Positions 47,572 through 61,898 of a stretch of DNA of 64,000 nt are shown here, in pieces. The stretch covers positions 1,240,001 to 1,304,000 of the forward strand of contig JAWMAR010000481.1 of the NCBI GenBank assembly GCA_036785375.1, given 5' to 3'. Made by a program: the position numbers and the translations under genes. The notes under the pieces are model-generated. The model searched no databases, was not told the origin of the DNA, and worked only from the letters and a program-made list of their open reading frames with translations. Source of the DNA: Leucoraja ocellata (taxonomy: Eukaryota). Each line of letters starts with the position of its first letter. The first letter of the stretch is position 1.

Positions 47572-50500
47572 TGTACAGTGCTTTAGTAAAGGTACGGTGA
47601 GCCAAGGGTACAGTGGGTTAAACGTACAGTGCTTTTTGTTTATATAATAAAGGTGCAGTTTAAAGGTCACGAGGGAGCAGCTGTTGTGAGTCAGATACCT
47701 GCTGATTTCTCCCAGCAGTTTCTATTGTATTATACTGGTATCAGATCCAGGGTAAGGCGGGAGAATGACAGTCAGAGCAGTATACTGTTCTGGATGTCAG
47801 ATGTGGGAGGTCATGGTGTTGGATGGCCCTCCAGACGTCCACATCTGCACCAGGTGCAGCGAGATGGGGCTCCTAAGGGACCGTATTAGGATCCTGGAGC
47901 AGCAGCTAGATGACCTCTGTCTGATCAGGGAGAGTGAGGAGGTCATAAAGGGGAGTTATAGGGAGGTGGTCACTCCAAAACCATGGGAGAGAGACATGTG
48001 GGTCACGTTAAGGAAGGGCAAGGGGCAGAGGCAGGAACGAGTGAGTACTCCAATGTCGGTACGCCTCGCAAATAAGTACTCCTGTTTGAGTACGGATGGG
48101 GGTGACAGCCTACCCGAGGGTAGTGACAGCGGACGGGCCTCCAGCACAGAGACCGGCCCTGTTGCTCCAAAAGGTAGGGAAAAAAAGAGGGCAATAGTAA
48201 TTGGGGACTCTATTGTTAGGGGGTCGGTTGGGCGATTCTGTGGACGCAGTCGGGAGACCAGGATGGTGGTCTGCCTCCCTGGTGCCAAGGTCTCGGACGT
48301 GTCTCAACGCATCCAAGATATCCTTAAATCAGAGGGAGAGGAGCCTGAGGTCGTGGTACATATAGGTACCAATGACATAGGTAAAAAAAGGGAAGAGGTC
48401 CTGAAGGGAGGATTTAGGGAGTTGGGAGGAGAGTTAAGAAAAAGGACTAAAAAGGTAACAATCTCAGGATTACTGCCTGTGCCACGCGACAGTGAGAGTA
48501 GGAATGGAGCGAGGTGGAGGATAAATGCGTGGCTGAAAGACTGGTGCAGAGGGCAGGGATTCAAGTTCCTGGATCATTGGGACTTCTTTTGGGGAAGGTG
48601 GGACCTGTACAGAAAGGATGGATTGCACTTGAACCAGAGGGGGACCAATATCCTAGCGGGGAAATTTACAAAGGCTGCTGGGGAGACTTTAAACTAGAAT
48701 GGTTGGGGCGAGGGACTCAAATAGCAAAAGCTAGTGGACAGAATGGGAGGCAGGAAACAGAAAAGGGAAGCACTCCGACACAAGAGGAGAAAGAAAAAAA
48801 AGGAAATAAACAGAGAATAAGAGACGGGGGTTTTCTTAAATGTGCATATTTTAATGCTAGGAGCATTGTAAGAAAAGTGGATGAGCTTAGAGTCTGGATA
48901 GACACCTGGAAGTATGATGTTGTGGCGATCAGTGAAACGTGGTTGCGGGAGGGCTGTGATTGGAAACTAAATATTCCAGGATTTTGTTGCTTCAGGTGTG
49001 ATAGAATTGGAGGGGCAAGAGGTGGAGGTGTTGCATTGCTAGTCAGGGAAGATATTACAGCAGTGCTTTGGCAGGATAGATTGGAGGGCTCATTTAGGGA
49101 GGCTATTTGGGTGGAATTGAGAAGTGTGAAAGGTGTAGCAACACTTATAGGGGTGTATTATAGACCGCCAATTGGGGAACGAGAATTGGAAGAGCAAATA
49201 TGTAAGGAGATAGCAGATATTAGTAGTAAGCACAAGGTAGTGATTGTGGGAGATTTCAACTTTCCACACATAGACTGGGAAACACATTCTGTAAATGGGC
49301 TGGATGGGTTGGAGTTTGTAAAATGTGTGCAGGATAGTTTTTTGCAGCAATACGTAGAGGTACCTACTAGAGGAGGGGCAGTGCTGGACCTCCTGTTAGG
49401 AAATGAGACGGGACAGGTGGCGGAGGTATGCTTTGGGGAGCACTTTGAGTCCAGTGATCACAATACCATTAGTTTCAATATAATTATGGAGAGGGTCAGA
49501 ACTGGACCTAGGGTTGAGATTTTTGATTGGAGAAAGGCTAACTTTGATGAGATGCGAGATGATTTAAAAGGAGTGAACTGGGACATTTTGTTTTATGGGA
49601 AAGATGTAGAAGAGAAATGGAGGACATTTAAAGGGGAAATTTTAAGAGTACAGAATCTTTATGTTCCTGTTCGGTTGAAAGGAAACAGTAAAAATTGGAA
49701 AGAGCCCTGGTTTTCAAGGGAAATTGGACATCTTGTTCGGAAAAAGAGGGAGATCTACATTAATTATAGGCAGCATGAAGTAAATGAGGTGCTTGAGGAG
49801 TATAAGGAATGTAAAAAGAATCTTAAGAAAAAAATTAGAAAAGCTAAAAGAAGATATGAGGTTGCTTTGGCAAGTAAGGTGAAAGTAAATCCAAAGGTTT
49901 TCTACAGCTATATAAATAGCAAAAGGATAACGAGGGATAAAATTGGTCCATTGGAGAGACAGAGTGGACAGTTATCTGCAGAGCCAAAAGAGATGGGAGA
50001 GATATTGAATAATTTTTTTTCTTCGGTATTCACCAAGGAGAAGGATATTGAATTATGTGAGGTAAGGGAAACTAGTAGAGTAGCTATGGATACTATGAGG
50101 TTCAAAGTAAAAGAAGTACTGACACTTTTGAAAAATATAAAAGTGGATAAGTCTCCAGGTCCTGACAGGATATTCCCTAGGACACTGTGGGAAGTTAGTG
50201 TAGAAATAGCCGGGGCTATGACAGAAATATTTCAAATGTCATTAGAAATGGGAATAGGACCCGAGGATTGGCGTACTGCGCATGTTGTTCCATTGTTTAA
50301 AAAGGGTTCTAAGAGTAAACCTAGCAATTATAGACCTGTTAGTTTGACTTCAGTGGTGGGCAAATTAATGGAAAAGATACTTAGAGATAATAGATATATA
50401 AGCATCTAGATAAACAGGGTCTGATTAGGAACAGTCAACATGGATTTGTGCCTGGAAGGTCATGTTTGACTAATCTTCTTGAATTTTTTGAAGAGGTTAC

Positions 50501-50877
50501 TAGGGAAATTGACGAGGGTAAGGCAGTGGATGTTGTCTATATGGACTTTAGAAAGGCCTTTGACAAGTTTCCTCATGGAAGGTTGGTTAAGAAGGTTCAA
50601 CTGTTGGGTATAAATGCAGGAATAGAACTTCTTTACTCAGAGAGTGGTAGCGGTGTGGAATGAGCTTCCAGTGGAAGTGGTGGAGGCAGGTTCATTGGTA
50701 TCATTTAAAAATAAATTGGATAGGCATATGGATGAGAAGGGAATGGAGGGTTATGGTATGAGTGCAGGCAGGTGGGACTAAGGGGAAAAAAACATTTGTT
50801 CGGCACGGACTTGTAGGGCCGAGATGGCCTGTTTCCGTGCTGTAATTGTTATATGATTATATGGTTATATGGTTATA
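47572..50877 (+). mobile_element. CR1 LINE private to unit 2: intact-looking ORF1, ORF2 with an internal deletion at ~50625
   Basis: ORF1 47765..48697 (CSGC...CTRC, GDSIVRG, HIGTND, DGLHLN); ORF2 frame to 50409; jumps from KVQLLGINAG to the 3' end; absent at 16893 and 63317. Confidence 0.9.
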
Positions 50878-52406
50878 TGTAAGGAATTAATAGTATTGTA
50901 CATGAATGTGCAAAGTATAAGAAGTAAAGTAGATGAGCTTGAAGCTCAGTTAGAGGTTGGTAGATATGACATGGTGGGGATTACTGAGACGTGGCTGCAG
51001 GAGGATCGGGCCTGGGAACTTAATATTCAGGGTTATACAGCCTATAGAAAGGTCAGGCAGGTGGGCAGAGGAGGGCGGTAGCTCTGCTGGTGAGGGAGGG
51101 AATTCAGTCCCTTGTGAGGGAAGACATAGGGACTGAAGAGGTAGAGTCACTGTAGATTGAGTTGAGGAATTACAAAGGCAAGAAGACCCTAATTGGTGTT
51201 ATCTACAGACCCCCAAATAGTAGCCCGGATGTAGGGTGTAAGTTGCAGCAGGAGTTAAAACTGGCATGTAACAAAGGTAATGCCACTGTGGTGATGGGGG
51301 ATTTCAATATGCAGGTAGACTGGGAAAATCAGCTTGGTTCAGGACCCCAAGAAAGAGAGTTTGTAGAATGCCTCCGAGATGGATTCTTAGAGCAGCTTGT
51401 AATGGAGCCGACCAGAGAAAAGGCAATTCTGGATTTAGCGTTGTCTAATGAACCAGATTTGATAAGAGAACTCGAGGTAAAGGAACCGCTTGGAGGTAGT
51501 GATCATGATATGATTAGTTTTAATCTGCAATTTGAGAAGGTGAAGGTTAAATCGGAAGTGTCAGTGATGTAGTTGAACAAAGGGGACTATGAAGGCATCA
51601 GAGAGGAGCTGGCCAAGGTAGACTGGAAAGGGTTCAAGAAGGAACTGCAGATGCTGGAAGATCGAAGGTACACAAAAATGCTGGAGAAACTCAGCGGGTG
51701 CAGCAGCATCTATGGAGCGAAGGAAATAGGCGACGTTTCGGGCCGAAACCCTTCTTCAGACTGGAAAGGGATTCTAGCAGGAATGACGGTGGAACAGCAA
51801 TGGCAGGAATTTCTGAGCATAATCCGGAAGATGCAGGATCATTTCATTCCAAAAAGGAAGAAAGATTCTAAGGGGACTAGGAGGCAACCATGGCTGACAA
51901 GAGAAGTTAGGGATAGAATAAAACTAAAAGAAAAGATGTATAACACAGCCAAGAGTAGCCAGAAGCCAGAGGATTGGGAAACTTTCATAGGACAACAGAA
52001 AGAAACAAAACGGGCAATACGGGCTGAAAAGATGAAGTACGAGGGGAAGCTGGCCAGGAATATAAAGAAGGACAGTAAAAGCTTATTTGATATGTTAAGG
52101 GAAAAAGAGTAGCAAAGACAAATGTGGGTTCCATGAAGGCAGACATGGGAGAAATTATTATGGGAAACAAGGAAATGGCAGAAGAGTTGAACAAGTGCTT
52201 CGGATCTGTCTTCACTAAGGAAGACACACGCAATCTCCCAGAAGTAATGGAGGACAGAGGATCTAAGGGGGTAGAGGAAATGAAAGACATTTTCATTAGG
52301 TGAGAAATAGTATTGGGTAGGCTAATGGGACTAAAGGATGATAAATCCCGTGGGCCTGATGGTCTGCATCCCAGGGAGGTGGTTCTAGAAATAGTGGATG
52401 CATTGG
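50878..52406 (+). mobile_element. Old CR1 (paralog of 16.9-19.3 kb), truncated by deletion
   Basis: Colinear with 16898-19333 minus the Rex1 insertion. Confidence 0.88.
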
Positions 52407-54464
52407 GGGGGTGGTGGGGCGAGTGGGTGGGGGGTGGGGGGGGTGGGGTGGGAAGGACAGGATAGGACATGACAGTGGGAAAATGTCAGGGTATAAGACA
52501 CTGGAGTGGGTGACATTCAGGAGTGGGAGAGGAAGGCAGGATTAATGTTTGGGAAAGGGGAGCAGATGGGAATGTGATGAGTGAATGAGAAGAGGGGAGT
52601 GTGGGAGGGGGAGGGATGTGCTGATGCCCTAGGAGCAAGAAGGGGGCATGGGGAAGGGAGAAGGAACATCAAGCAATGTGGTGGAGGGGAGGGGGGGGGG
52701 GGGGGCGATGCTTGGGGACTTGCTCAATCAGATTTTGTAAAGCAGATGTTGTTTAACTCATTGTCTGCAGCTTATTTTTTAATTTTTCTGCTGAACTGCA
52801 TGTTTTCATTTGAAATTAGTTGCATAAATGAAATAAAATAACAAAAACATGAAATGTTTGGAGTTGATCATCATTTTACTCATCACTTTAGGGACTTCAG
52901 CTGAGGATGTTGCCAGGACTTTTACGAGGATGTTGCCAGGATGTTGCCAGGACTCGAGGGTGTGAGCTACAGGGAGAGGTTGAGCAGGGTGGGTCTCTAT
53001 TCTATGGAGCGTACGAGGATGAGGGGTGATCTTACAGAGATGTACAAAATCATAAGAGGAATAGATCGGGTGGGTGCACAGAGTCTTTTACCCAGAGTAG
53101 GGGAATCGAGGACCAGTGCACATGGGTTCAAGGTGAAGGGGAAAAGATTTAAAATGAATCAAGGTGTAACTTTTTCACACAGAGGTTGGTGGGTGTATGG
53201 AACAACCTGCCAGAGGAGATAGTCCATGGTTTAAGAAACAGTTGGACAGGTACATGGGTAGGGCAGGTTTGGAGGGATATGGACCAAGTGCAGGCAAGTG
53301 GGACTAGGGTAGTTGGGACATTGTTGGCCGGTGTGGGCATGTTGGGCCGAAGGGCCTGTTTCCGCACTGTATTAATCTATGACTCTATGAGTGCACCAAA
53401 TACACCAGATACTGGGCTAAAATGCATCAGGAGAGGAGTACATGAACAGGTTCCGAAAAGAATACAACTGATACTGAAGAGTCAACTCCAGCACCTGATC
53501 CAAATGGCATAGGTCAGAGGGCCAAACATTGCAGGAAAGCCCATGGGGCCAGGTATTGGAGGAACACACCTCGGGGAAAAGACATTGGGACATGACCAGA
53601 CAATGGTAGGCCTCCGGTGAGTGTTGTAGAACAGAGGGATCTAGGATTACAGGTGCATGGTTCCTTGAAGGTGTAGTCGCAGATAGTTCGGGTTGTCAAA
53701 AATACTTTTGACACATTGGATTCATCAGTCAGTGTATTGAGTATAGAGGTTGAGAGGTCATGTTCGAATTCTCTGCCTCAGAGGGGGGTGGAGGCAGGTT
53801 CTCTGGATATTTTTAAGAGAGAGCTCTTAAAGATTGCGGAGTCAGAGGATATGGGGAGGAGGCACGAACGGGCTACTGATTGTGGATGATCAGCCATGAT
53901 CGCATTGAATGGCGGTGCTGGCTCGAAGGGCCGAATGGCCTATTCCTACACCTATTGTTTATTGTCTATTATATGTCATTGATGGGACCACATTTAGAGT
54001 ATTGTGTTCAGTTTTGGGCACAATGTTATTGGGAAGATGTAAACAAGCTGGAAAGGGTACAGAGAAGATTTATGAGGATGTTGCCAGGATATCAGGGTCG
54101 GCTATAGGGAGAGGTTACGTAGGCTGGGACTCTAATCCTTTGAATGGTGACCTTATAGAGGTGTACAAAATCATGAGAGGAATAGATTGGGTAGATGCAT
54201 AGAGCCTTTTGCCCAGAGTAGGGGAATCGAGGACCAGAAGACATAGGTTCAAGGTATAGGGGAAAAGATTGAATAGGAATCTGAGAGGTAAACTTTTCCA
54301 CACAGGGTGGTGGGTGTATGGAATGAACTGCCGGAGGAGGTAGTTGAGGCTGGGACTATCCCAATATTTAAGAAACAGTTGGACAGGTACATGGATAGGA
54401 CAGGGTTGGAAGGATGTGGGCCAAACACAGGCAGGTGGGACTAGTGTAGCTGGGACATGGAAAC

Positions 54465-55200
54465 AATTTCATGAAATCAATATTCCTACTGCTGTGTTGT
54501 AAGCTGTCCAAGTGAAATATGAGATGCTGTTCCTCCAATTTGTGTTTCATCTCACTCTGACAGTGGAGGAGGTCCAGGACAGAAAGGTCAGTGTGGGAAT
54601 GGGACGGGGAATTAAAGTGTTTGGCAACCGGGAGATCAGGTTGGTCCAGGCGGACTGAGCGAAGGTATTCAGCGAAACGATCGCCCAGTCTACGTTTGGT
54701 CTCGCAGATGTGTATGAGTCCACACCTTGAACAGTGGATACAGTAGATGAGGTTGGAGGAGGTGCAAGTGAAGTGAACTAACATTTATTTCCCGTCCACA
54801 ACTGCCTTTGAACTGGATGTTTCCCAGGGCCATTTCAGAGCTGATTCGGGTCGGCTACATAACTGGGGGCCTGGAGTCACATAACAAGACCAGGTAAAGT
54901 CAGCAGATGCTCTTCCCTGAAGCTTATAGTCATGGGTTTAGACACCAATGGTAGACAAAATGCTGGAGAAACTCAGTGGGTGAGGCAGCATCTACGGAGT
55001 GAAGGAATAGGTGATGTTTCAGGTCGAGACCCTTCCTCAGACTGATGTGTGGGGGGGGGGGGGGGGGGGAGAAGAAAGGACGAGACGGGGACAGTGGGTT
55101 GTGGGCTGTGGGAGAGCTGGGAAGGGGAGGGGAAAGAGTGAGAAAGCAAGGACTACCTGAAATAGCGGTATGAACATTGAACTCTCCAATTTCAGGTAAG
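54465..55200 (-). mobile_element. Penelope-like element remnant (GIY-YIG fragment + pseudo-LTR)
   Basis: ORF 54368..54784 NLIYCIHCSRCGLIHICETKRRLGDRFAE..PVAKHFN..EQHLIFHL. Confidence 0.8.
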
Positions 55201-55222
55201 GAATACACATAAGGAATACACG

Positions 55223-58100
55223 TGGGGGTCGACCGGACGGCAGGACTCTGCGGTCGAGAGGCTTGAGAGAGAGCTACTGGACGCAGAGTCTCGCCTGGGT
55301 CAGTTTAGTGATGACTCCTGTGAATGCGGAATTCAGGAGAAGAAGGAAGCCTTGAGGAACCTGCAACTTGAGCGGTCCCGAGGCGTTTACGTGAGGTTGC
55401 GGGTCCAGATGCTGCACGATCTGAACTGAGCTTCACCTTTCTTTTTCTCTCTGGAGAAAGGGCGGGGAGCCCGCAAACAGGTCGTAGAGATTCTCGCAGA
55501 CGATGGCTCCTCTGTCACTGATCCAGAGAGGATTAGTGCCCTGGTCAGGTCCTTTTACGGGTCCCTGTTCTCCGCAGGTGGATTCAGCGGGGAGGCTCAG
55601 CAGGACCTGTGGGAGGGTCTACCAACTGTAGAAAGGGAGGTGGCCGATCTTCTTGATGGCTCCTTATCTTTGGAGGAGTTGACTCGTGCATTGCATCAGC
55701 TCAGGAGGGGTAAGTCCCCCGGGCTGGATGGGTTGACGGTAAAGTATGTTAGAACTTTCTGGGATATCCTGGGGGTGATTACATGTTGGTTCTGGGGGAG
55801 AGCCTGGCGACAGGGGAGATGCCCCTCTCGTGGCGTAGAGCAGTTGTTGTCCTGCTGCCCAAGACGGGGGAACTCCGCTTGGTGAAGTACTGGCGCCCGG
55901 TCTCCCTCCTATGTACAGAGTACAAAGTTCTTGCATGGGGGATGGCGAATTGCATGGGCTCCGTGCTGTCTCAACTGATTCATCCTGACCAGTCCTACAC
56001 AGCCCCTGGCCGGTCCATTCAGGATAACATCCACCTGGTTAGGGACCTGATTCATCTAGCCCAGGGTACTGGTCAGTCAGCTGCTTTTCTGTCTCTTGAT
56101 CAGGAGAAGGCTTTTGATAGGGTAGAGCATGAATACCTCTTCGGGATGTTGCAAGCGTTTGGATTTGGACCACATTTTGTGGCCCGGGGTCTGGCTTTTG
56201 TATGCTGCAGCGGAGTGCCTTGTGAAGGTTAATGGTGTGTTGTTGGCTCCCTTTCATTTTGGGAGGGGGGTCCGTCAGGGGTGCCCCATGTCGGGTCAGT
56301 TGTTCTCGGTCTGTGTGGAGCCATTCCTGTGTCTTCGGAGGAGGTTGACAGGCCTGGCCCTACCGGGCCCAGGGGTGGAGTTGGTTCTTTCGGCCTATGC
56401 CGATGATGTACTCCTTATGTTCACCGATCCTGGTGACCTGCGGAGGATGCGTGATTGCCAGAAGATTTTCTCGGCTGCATCTTCTGCCAGGATTAATTGG
56501 AGCAAGTGCTCTGGACTTTTAGTGGGTCAGTGGCAGGTGGACTCCCTGCCAGAGGAGATGGCAATGTTTGCGTGGAGCACCACGCACCTCCTCTATCTGG
56601 GGGTGTACCTGAGTCCCACTGAGGATGCTTGTCCGGCAAATTGGCAGGAGTTGGAGACGAAAGTGGTTGCCAGGCTGGGGCGCTGGTCAGGCCTGCTTGG
56701 AGTTCTATCCTTTCAGGGGAGGGTGTTGGTCATAAACCAGCTGGTGGCTTCCATGTTATGGTACCAGCTGGCTACTCTTGTCCCACCTTCCATATTTGTA
56801 ACTGCTGTACAGAGGAAGCTGGTGGATTTATTTTGGGGAAATAGGAAGCACTGGGTTTCCGCAGCGGTTCTGAGTCTCCCGTTAGAGGAGGGCGGCCAGT
56901 CCTTGGTATGCGTGCGTACCCAGGTGGCGGCTCTCCATCTCAGGACTCTGCGGAGGTACATGTATGTAGAGAACCCCCCCAGATGGCACGTTTTGGCCAC
57001 GTATTGTTTCCGTCGGGTTCGTTGCCTAAGGGGGGTCTCACGGCTCCCGGTGGCGGGCATCAGTCGACCCGCCCTAAGGGGCTTGCCTGTTTTCTACTGG
57101 GATGTGCTAAGAGTGAGGAATTTGGCTGTTTTCAGCCAGCGTGTCACTCCACGAGGGGAAGGGGATGTTGCGGCTGCGGGAGTGGCCGGTCCTCACTCTG
57201 TCATGGCGAGTGTTGAGGAGAGGCGCGTGCCTAGAGTGGTTCTGAATGAGCTTTCACCCGCATCATCAGATCTGCTCATCGGGCCTCGACTCTGGGATAT
57301 TTCTTGGGAACCGGCTCCACACAACCTGAGCCGCCTCTCTGAGATGACCAGCATGCCGTTTCATGATGCGAAGAGACGCTCACTGTACAGAATGTTCCTG
57401 TACTTTCTGCACCTCCTTGCCTTCATCTCCCGCCCTGACACACCATGGCAGTCTGTGTTCCCACCCAAAGGTGGGAAAGGTCCCCAGTGGGGGTCCATCT
57501 ATAAGGGAGTTGTCCCCCTTTACATTGGGGACCTGGGGTGGAGAGTGCTGCATAGAGCGGTGGCGTGTAATAAACTTTAGAGTCGGTTCGCGGGCTCGTC
57601 TACCACCTGTATTTTCTGCAGCCAGGAAGAGAGTTTGTTCCTATTGATATATATATGAAAGGGTTGTTCCTCAAGCACTGGTTACATTTTAGTCCTACGA
57701 TTCTTGTGTTTGGACACAAGGCAGGGTGTGGGGAGAGCCAAGTGGGGGGGGTGGAGTGGGACTTCCCTGTCGGTTTCTTCCTGGGCCTGGCCAAGATGGC
57801 CATTGGCGGGTCCAGGCAGCGGGCGGTCGAGGGTCAGGCTAGAGTCGGATGCCTGCCCCTCTTTCGGGCCTATGTCCGTGCACGTGTGTCCCTGGAGAGG
57901 GAACACGCGGTGTCCACGGGTACTCTGGAGGTATTCCGTGGGCGCTGGTCACCGCGTGGGGTTGAGAGTATTGTAAACAATGAATGCACATTTGTACTAT
58001 AATGATTATTTGATATAGTGTAATTTCTGATTATGTTTTGATCTGTTGTATCATATGACTGTGTCGAATAAAGTCTTTGAAAAAGAAAAAGAAAAAAAAA
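55223..58100 (+). mobile_element. 5'-truncated Tx1-clade LINE (RT + C-terminus, frameshifted)
   Basis: GKSPGLDGL, WRPVSLLC, SLDQEKAFDRV, RGVRQGCPMSG, SAYADD, LGWRVLH; AATAAA + A-tail ~58067-58100. Confidence 0.88.
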
Positions 58101-60286
58101 AGAGAGAGAAGGAGAGCAAGAGAAGGAGAGGGAATGGTGTTGGGGAAGATGGGATAGAGGGAGTGGAATGTGGGCTGAAGGGTGAAAGAAAGTGTGTGAC
58201 TGAGCGAGCGAGGGAGAGAATAAGGGGGGAGAGGGAGTTGGGAGGGGTAGGTGTGAATGAGAGAAGGGAGGGAATGAATGAGGGAGAGAATGATTAGGGA
58301 GGGAGAAAATCTCAGAGAGGGTGGGGATGGAGTGCATGAGTGGAGGAAGGGAGTGAATGTAGTGAAGTAGAGGAGTGAATAAGGGGCGGAAAAAGAGGAG
58401 TGACTGAGGGGAGAGAGATCTCTTCCTCCTCTTTTCTCGCCCCATCCCTCCCTCCCTCCCTCACTCCCCCCCCCCCCCCCCGTCTCTCTCTCTCACTCTC
58501 TCGCTCCTATTTGATAGTGCCCTCCAATAACTATTTAATGGTGCCCTCAATTGACTATATAAAGTTGCCCCTCCTTCATTATTTTGCGGTCAACACTCCC
58601 ACCAATATGACAGGTCCCTGTATTTTATCACATAACTTTAATTCATGTCCATTAGAGATAGGAGCAAAATTAGGCCATTAAGACCATCGAGTACTCCGCC
58701 ATTTAAACTATGGCTGATGTCTCTTTCCCTCTCAACCCCATTCTCCTGCCTTCGTCCCATAACCCCTGACACCCGCGCTAATTAAGAATCCACTCCTAGA
58801 ACTTAATAAACTCATAAAGTCACCTCTGGGTCCACAATTCATAAAGGTTCGTCATCACAGCAAAGCATCGCCTGCTTATCCACAAAAAAAAACTAGCTTT
58901 AGATTTTAAAACCTATTTTATTCATAGAATGTCCTGATTTCCAAATACAGATGTCGAGCGAATATCAAGGTGACAACAAAATAACTGGAGCTGTCATTGC
59001 GGCGTTACACCACTGGGTGGGAGTGTTGTCCACAAAATTAAGGGTCTGCCTTTTTAATTTTAATTTTGTTTTATATTCCCTGAGATAAAAATTCTTATCA
59101 AGTAAGAATATCTTTATATATCCGGAGGGTTGTGTTAGTGAATGGAGAACCTGCATTTGGAGTATTGTGAGCAGTTTTGGCCCCATATCTGAGGAAGGAT
59201 GTGGTGGCATTGGAGAGGGTCCAGAGGAGGTTTAATTTAGTTTAGTTTAGAGCACAGCACAGCACAGAAACAGGCCCTTCGTCCCACTGAGTCCGCATCG
59301 AACAGCGACTAACACCAACACTATTCTACACACACTAGGGACAATTTACTAATTTTACCGAAGCCAATTAACGTCTTTGGAGTGTGGGAGGGTTCCGGAG
59401 CACCCGGAGAAAATTCACGCAGGTCACGGGAAGAACATGCAAACTCCGTACAGACAGCACCTGTAGTCAGGATCAAACCCAGGTCTCATGTGCTGAGAGG
59501 CAGTAACTCTACCGCTGCACCGCCATGCTGTCCCTACAGCTCTCACCAACTTCTACAGATGCGCCGTGGAATGCATCTTATCGGGATGGATCACAGCACG
59601 GTTTGGGAACAGTTCCATCCAAAGAGCCGCAAGAAATCACAGAGTTGTGGATGCAGTACCGACCATCCAACATAAACCAACCTCACTTCCATCAACTCCA
59701 TCTACACCTCACACTGCCTCTGCAAGACCAGCAGCATAATCAAGGACCAGTCTCAGCCTGGTCACTCCCTCTTGTCCTGTCTCCCATCGGGCAAGAGGTA
59801 CAAAAGTGTTAAAACGCACACCTCCAGATTCAGGGACAGTTTCTTCCCTGGAATAATACAGCGTGGAAACAGGCCCTTCGGCCCAACTTGCCCACATCGG
59901 CCAACATGTCAAATATACACTAGTACCACCTGCCTGCATTTGGTCCATATCCCTCCAAACCTGCCCTGTCCATGTACCTGTCCAAATGTGATACTCCCTG
60001 CCTCAATTACATCCTCCAGCAGCTCGTTCCATGCACCCAGCACTCTCTGTGTGGAAAAGTTACCCCTCAGGTTCCTATTAAATCTTTCATCGTTCACCTC
60101 CTCTCCCACCTTAAACCCGTGCCCTCTGTTTCTCCATTCCCCAGCTCTGGGCAAGAGATTCTGTGCGTCTGCCTGATCTATTCCCCTCATGATTGTACAC
60201 CTCCATAAGATCACCCCTCATTCTCCTGTCCTCCAAGGAATAGAGTCGCTTACTGCCCCAACCTCTCCCTGTAGCTCAGACCCCTC

Positions 60287-60580
60287 NNNNNNNNNNNNNN
60301 NNNNNNNNNNNNNNNNNNNNNNNNNNNNNNNNNNNNNNNNNNNNNNNNNNNNNNNNNNNNNNNNNNNNNNNNNNNNNNNNNNNNNNNNNNNNNNNNNNNN
60401 NNNNNNNNNNNNNNNNNNNNNNNNNNNNNNNNNNNNNNNNNNNNNNNNNNNNNNNNNNNNNNNNNNNNNNNNNNNNNNNNNNNNNNNNNNNNNNNNNNNN
60501 NNNNNNNNNNNNNNNNNNNNNNNNNNNNNNNNNNNNNNNNNNNNNNNNNNNNNNNNNNNNNNNNNNNNNNNNNNNNNNNN
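60287..60580. other. Assembly gap (294 N)
   Basis: Run of N at the same unit position as the first gap. Confidence 1.
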
Positions 60581-61898
60581 TCTGCCACTCTCTCTACCCT
60601 CTTCCTCTCTCACCATCCTCTTTCTCTCCTCTTGCGCCCCTGTCTCACTCCTCCTCTCTCCCTCCTCTCCCCCCCCCCTCCCTCTCTCCCCCCCCCCTCT
60701 AGCTGGGAATAAAATGGAGGATGTGCATCAGAGACGTTGATTTCCTGGACGCCAAATGATTTTGTGATCAGATCAGGATGCGTTTATTCCAGATCAGCAC
60801 AAAAGAAAATTGAAATGTAGAGATGGGAGTGATAATCCTGCCCTGCTCCCTCTCCCTCTCACCTCCCCTCCCTCCCTCTGCACCTGTCCCTCTCCACTCC
60901 CTCCCACCCTCTCCCCTCCCCTCGCCTCCCTCCCCACCCTCCCTCTCCTCTACCATCACCTCTCCCTCCTCACCTCCCCTGCCCTCACCCTCCTCTCCCA
61001 TCTCTTTCCCCTTTCGCACCTCCCCTCCTCCCATCTCCTCCCCTCCCTTCCCCCCTCCTCTCCTCTCCGCCCCATTTCCCTCCTCACCACATCTACTAAC
61101 CACATCTCCTTTTCTCCTCTATCCTCCCATCTACAATCCCATCCCCTCTCTTCTCCTCCCCTCCCCTCTTCCCATTCATCACAAAAGATCATTGTGATAT
61201 TGTGTTGAGAGGTTTTCTACTCTCATTCCCTCCCCCTCCCTTCCTTACCTCTCCCCTCAAAGCTCCTCTCCCCTCATCCCTCCCCCTCTTCCCTCATCTC
61301 CTCTCCCGTCATTTCCTCTACTCCCCTCTTCTCACCTCTCCCCTCATCTACTTCCTACTTCTGTCCTCCCCTCCCCTCTTGTTTCTCCCCTCTCCTCTCT
61401 TCTCTCCTGTACACTCCCTCCCCTCCTCCTCCCTTCTCCCCTCTCCTCCCCTTTGTTCTCTCCTTTCTTCCCCTCTCCCCACATCCCCTCTCCTTCCCTC
61501 TCCCCTCCCCTCCTTTCTCCCTCCTCTCCCCCTCCTACTCCTATTGTCTATTGTCTTTTGTCCTCTCCTCTCCTCCTGTCCCCTCTCCTCCTCCTTTCAC
61601 GCTCCCCCCTTCCTCTTCACTACCTTTCTTCTCTCATCTCTCCACTGCTCCTCTCCCTCTCCTCTCTTCTCCACTAGCCTTAACCCTCCCCTCCGCTCTT
61701 CTCTACCTTGTCTCTCCCCTCCTCTCCCCGCCTCCCCTCCTCTCCTCTCTACCCCTCTCCTCTCCCCTCCTCTCCTCCTCCCCACTACTCCTCCTCCCTC
61801 CTCACCTCTCCACTCCTCTCCTCCCCTCTCCTATCCCCTCATAACCCCTTCTCTTTCCTCCCCTCATATCTCCATCCCTCCCTCTCTTCCCTCCCCTC
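60581..61898. repeat. Long polypyrimidine low-complexity tract
   Basis: Read directly. Confidence 0.9.
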
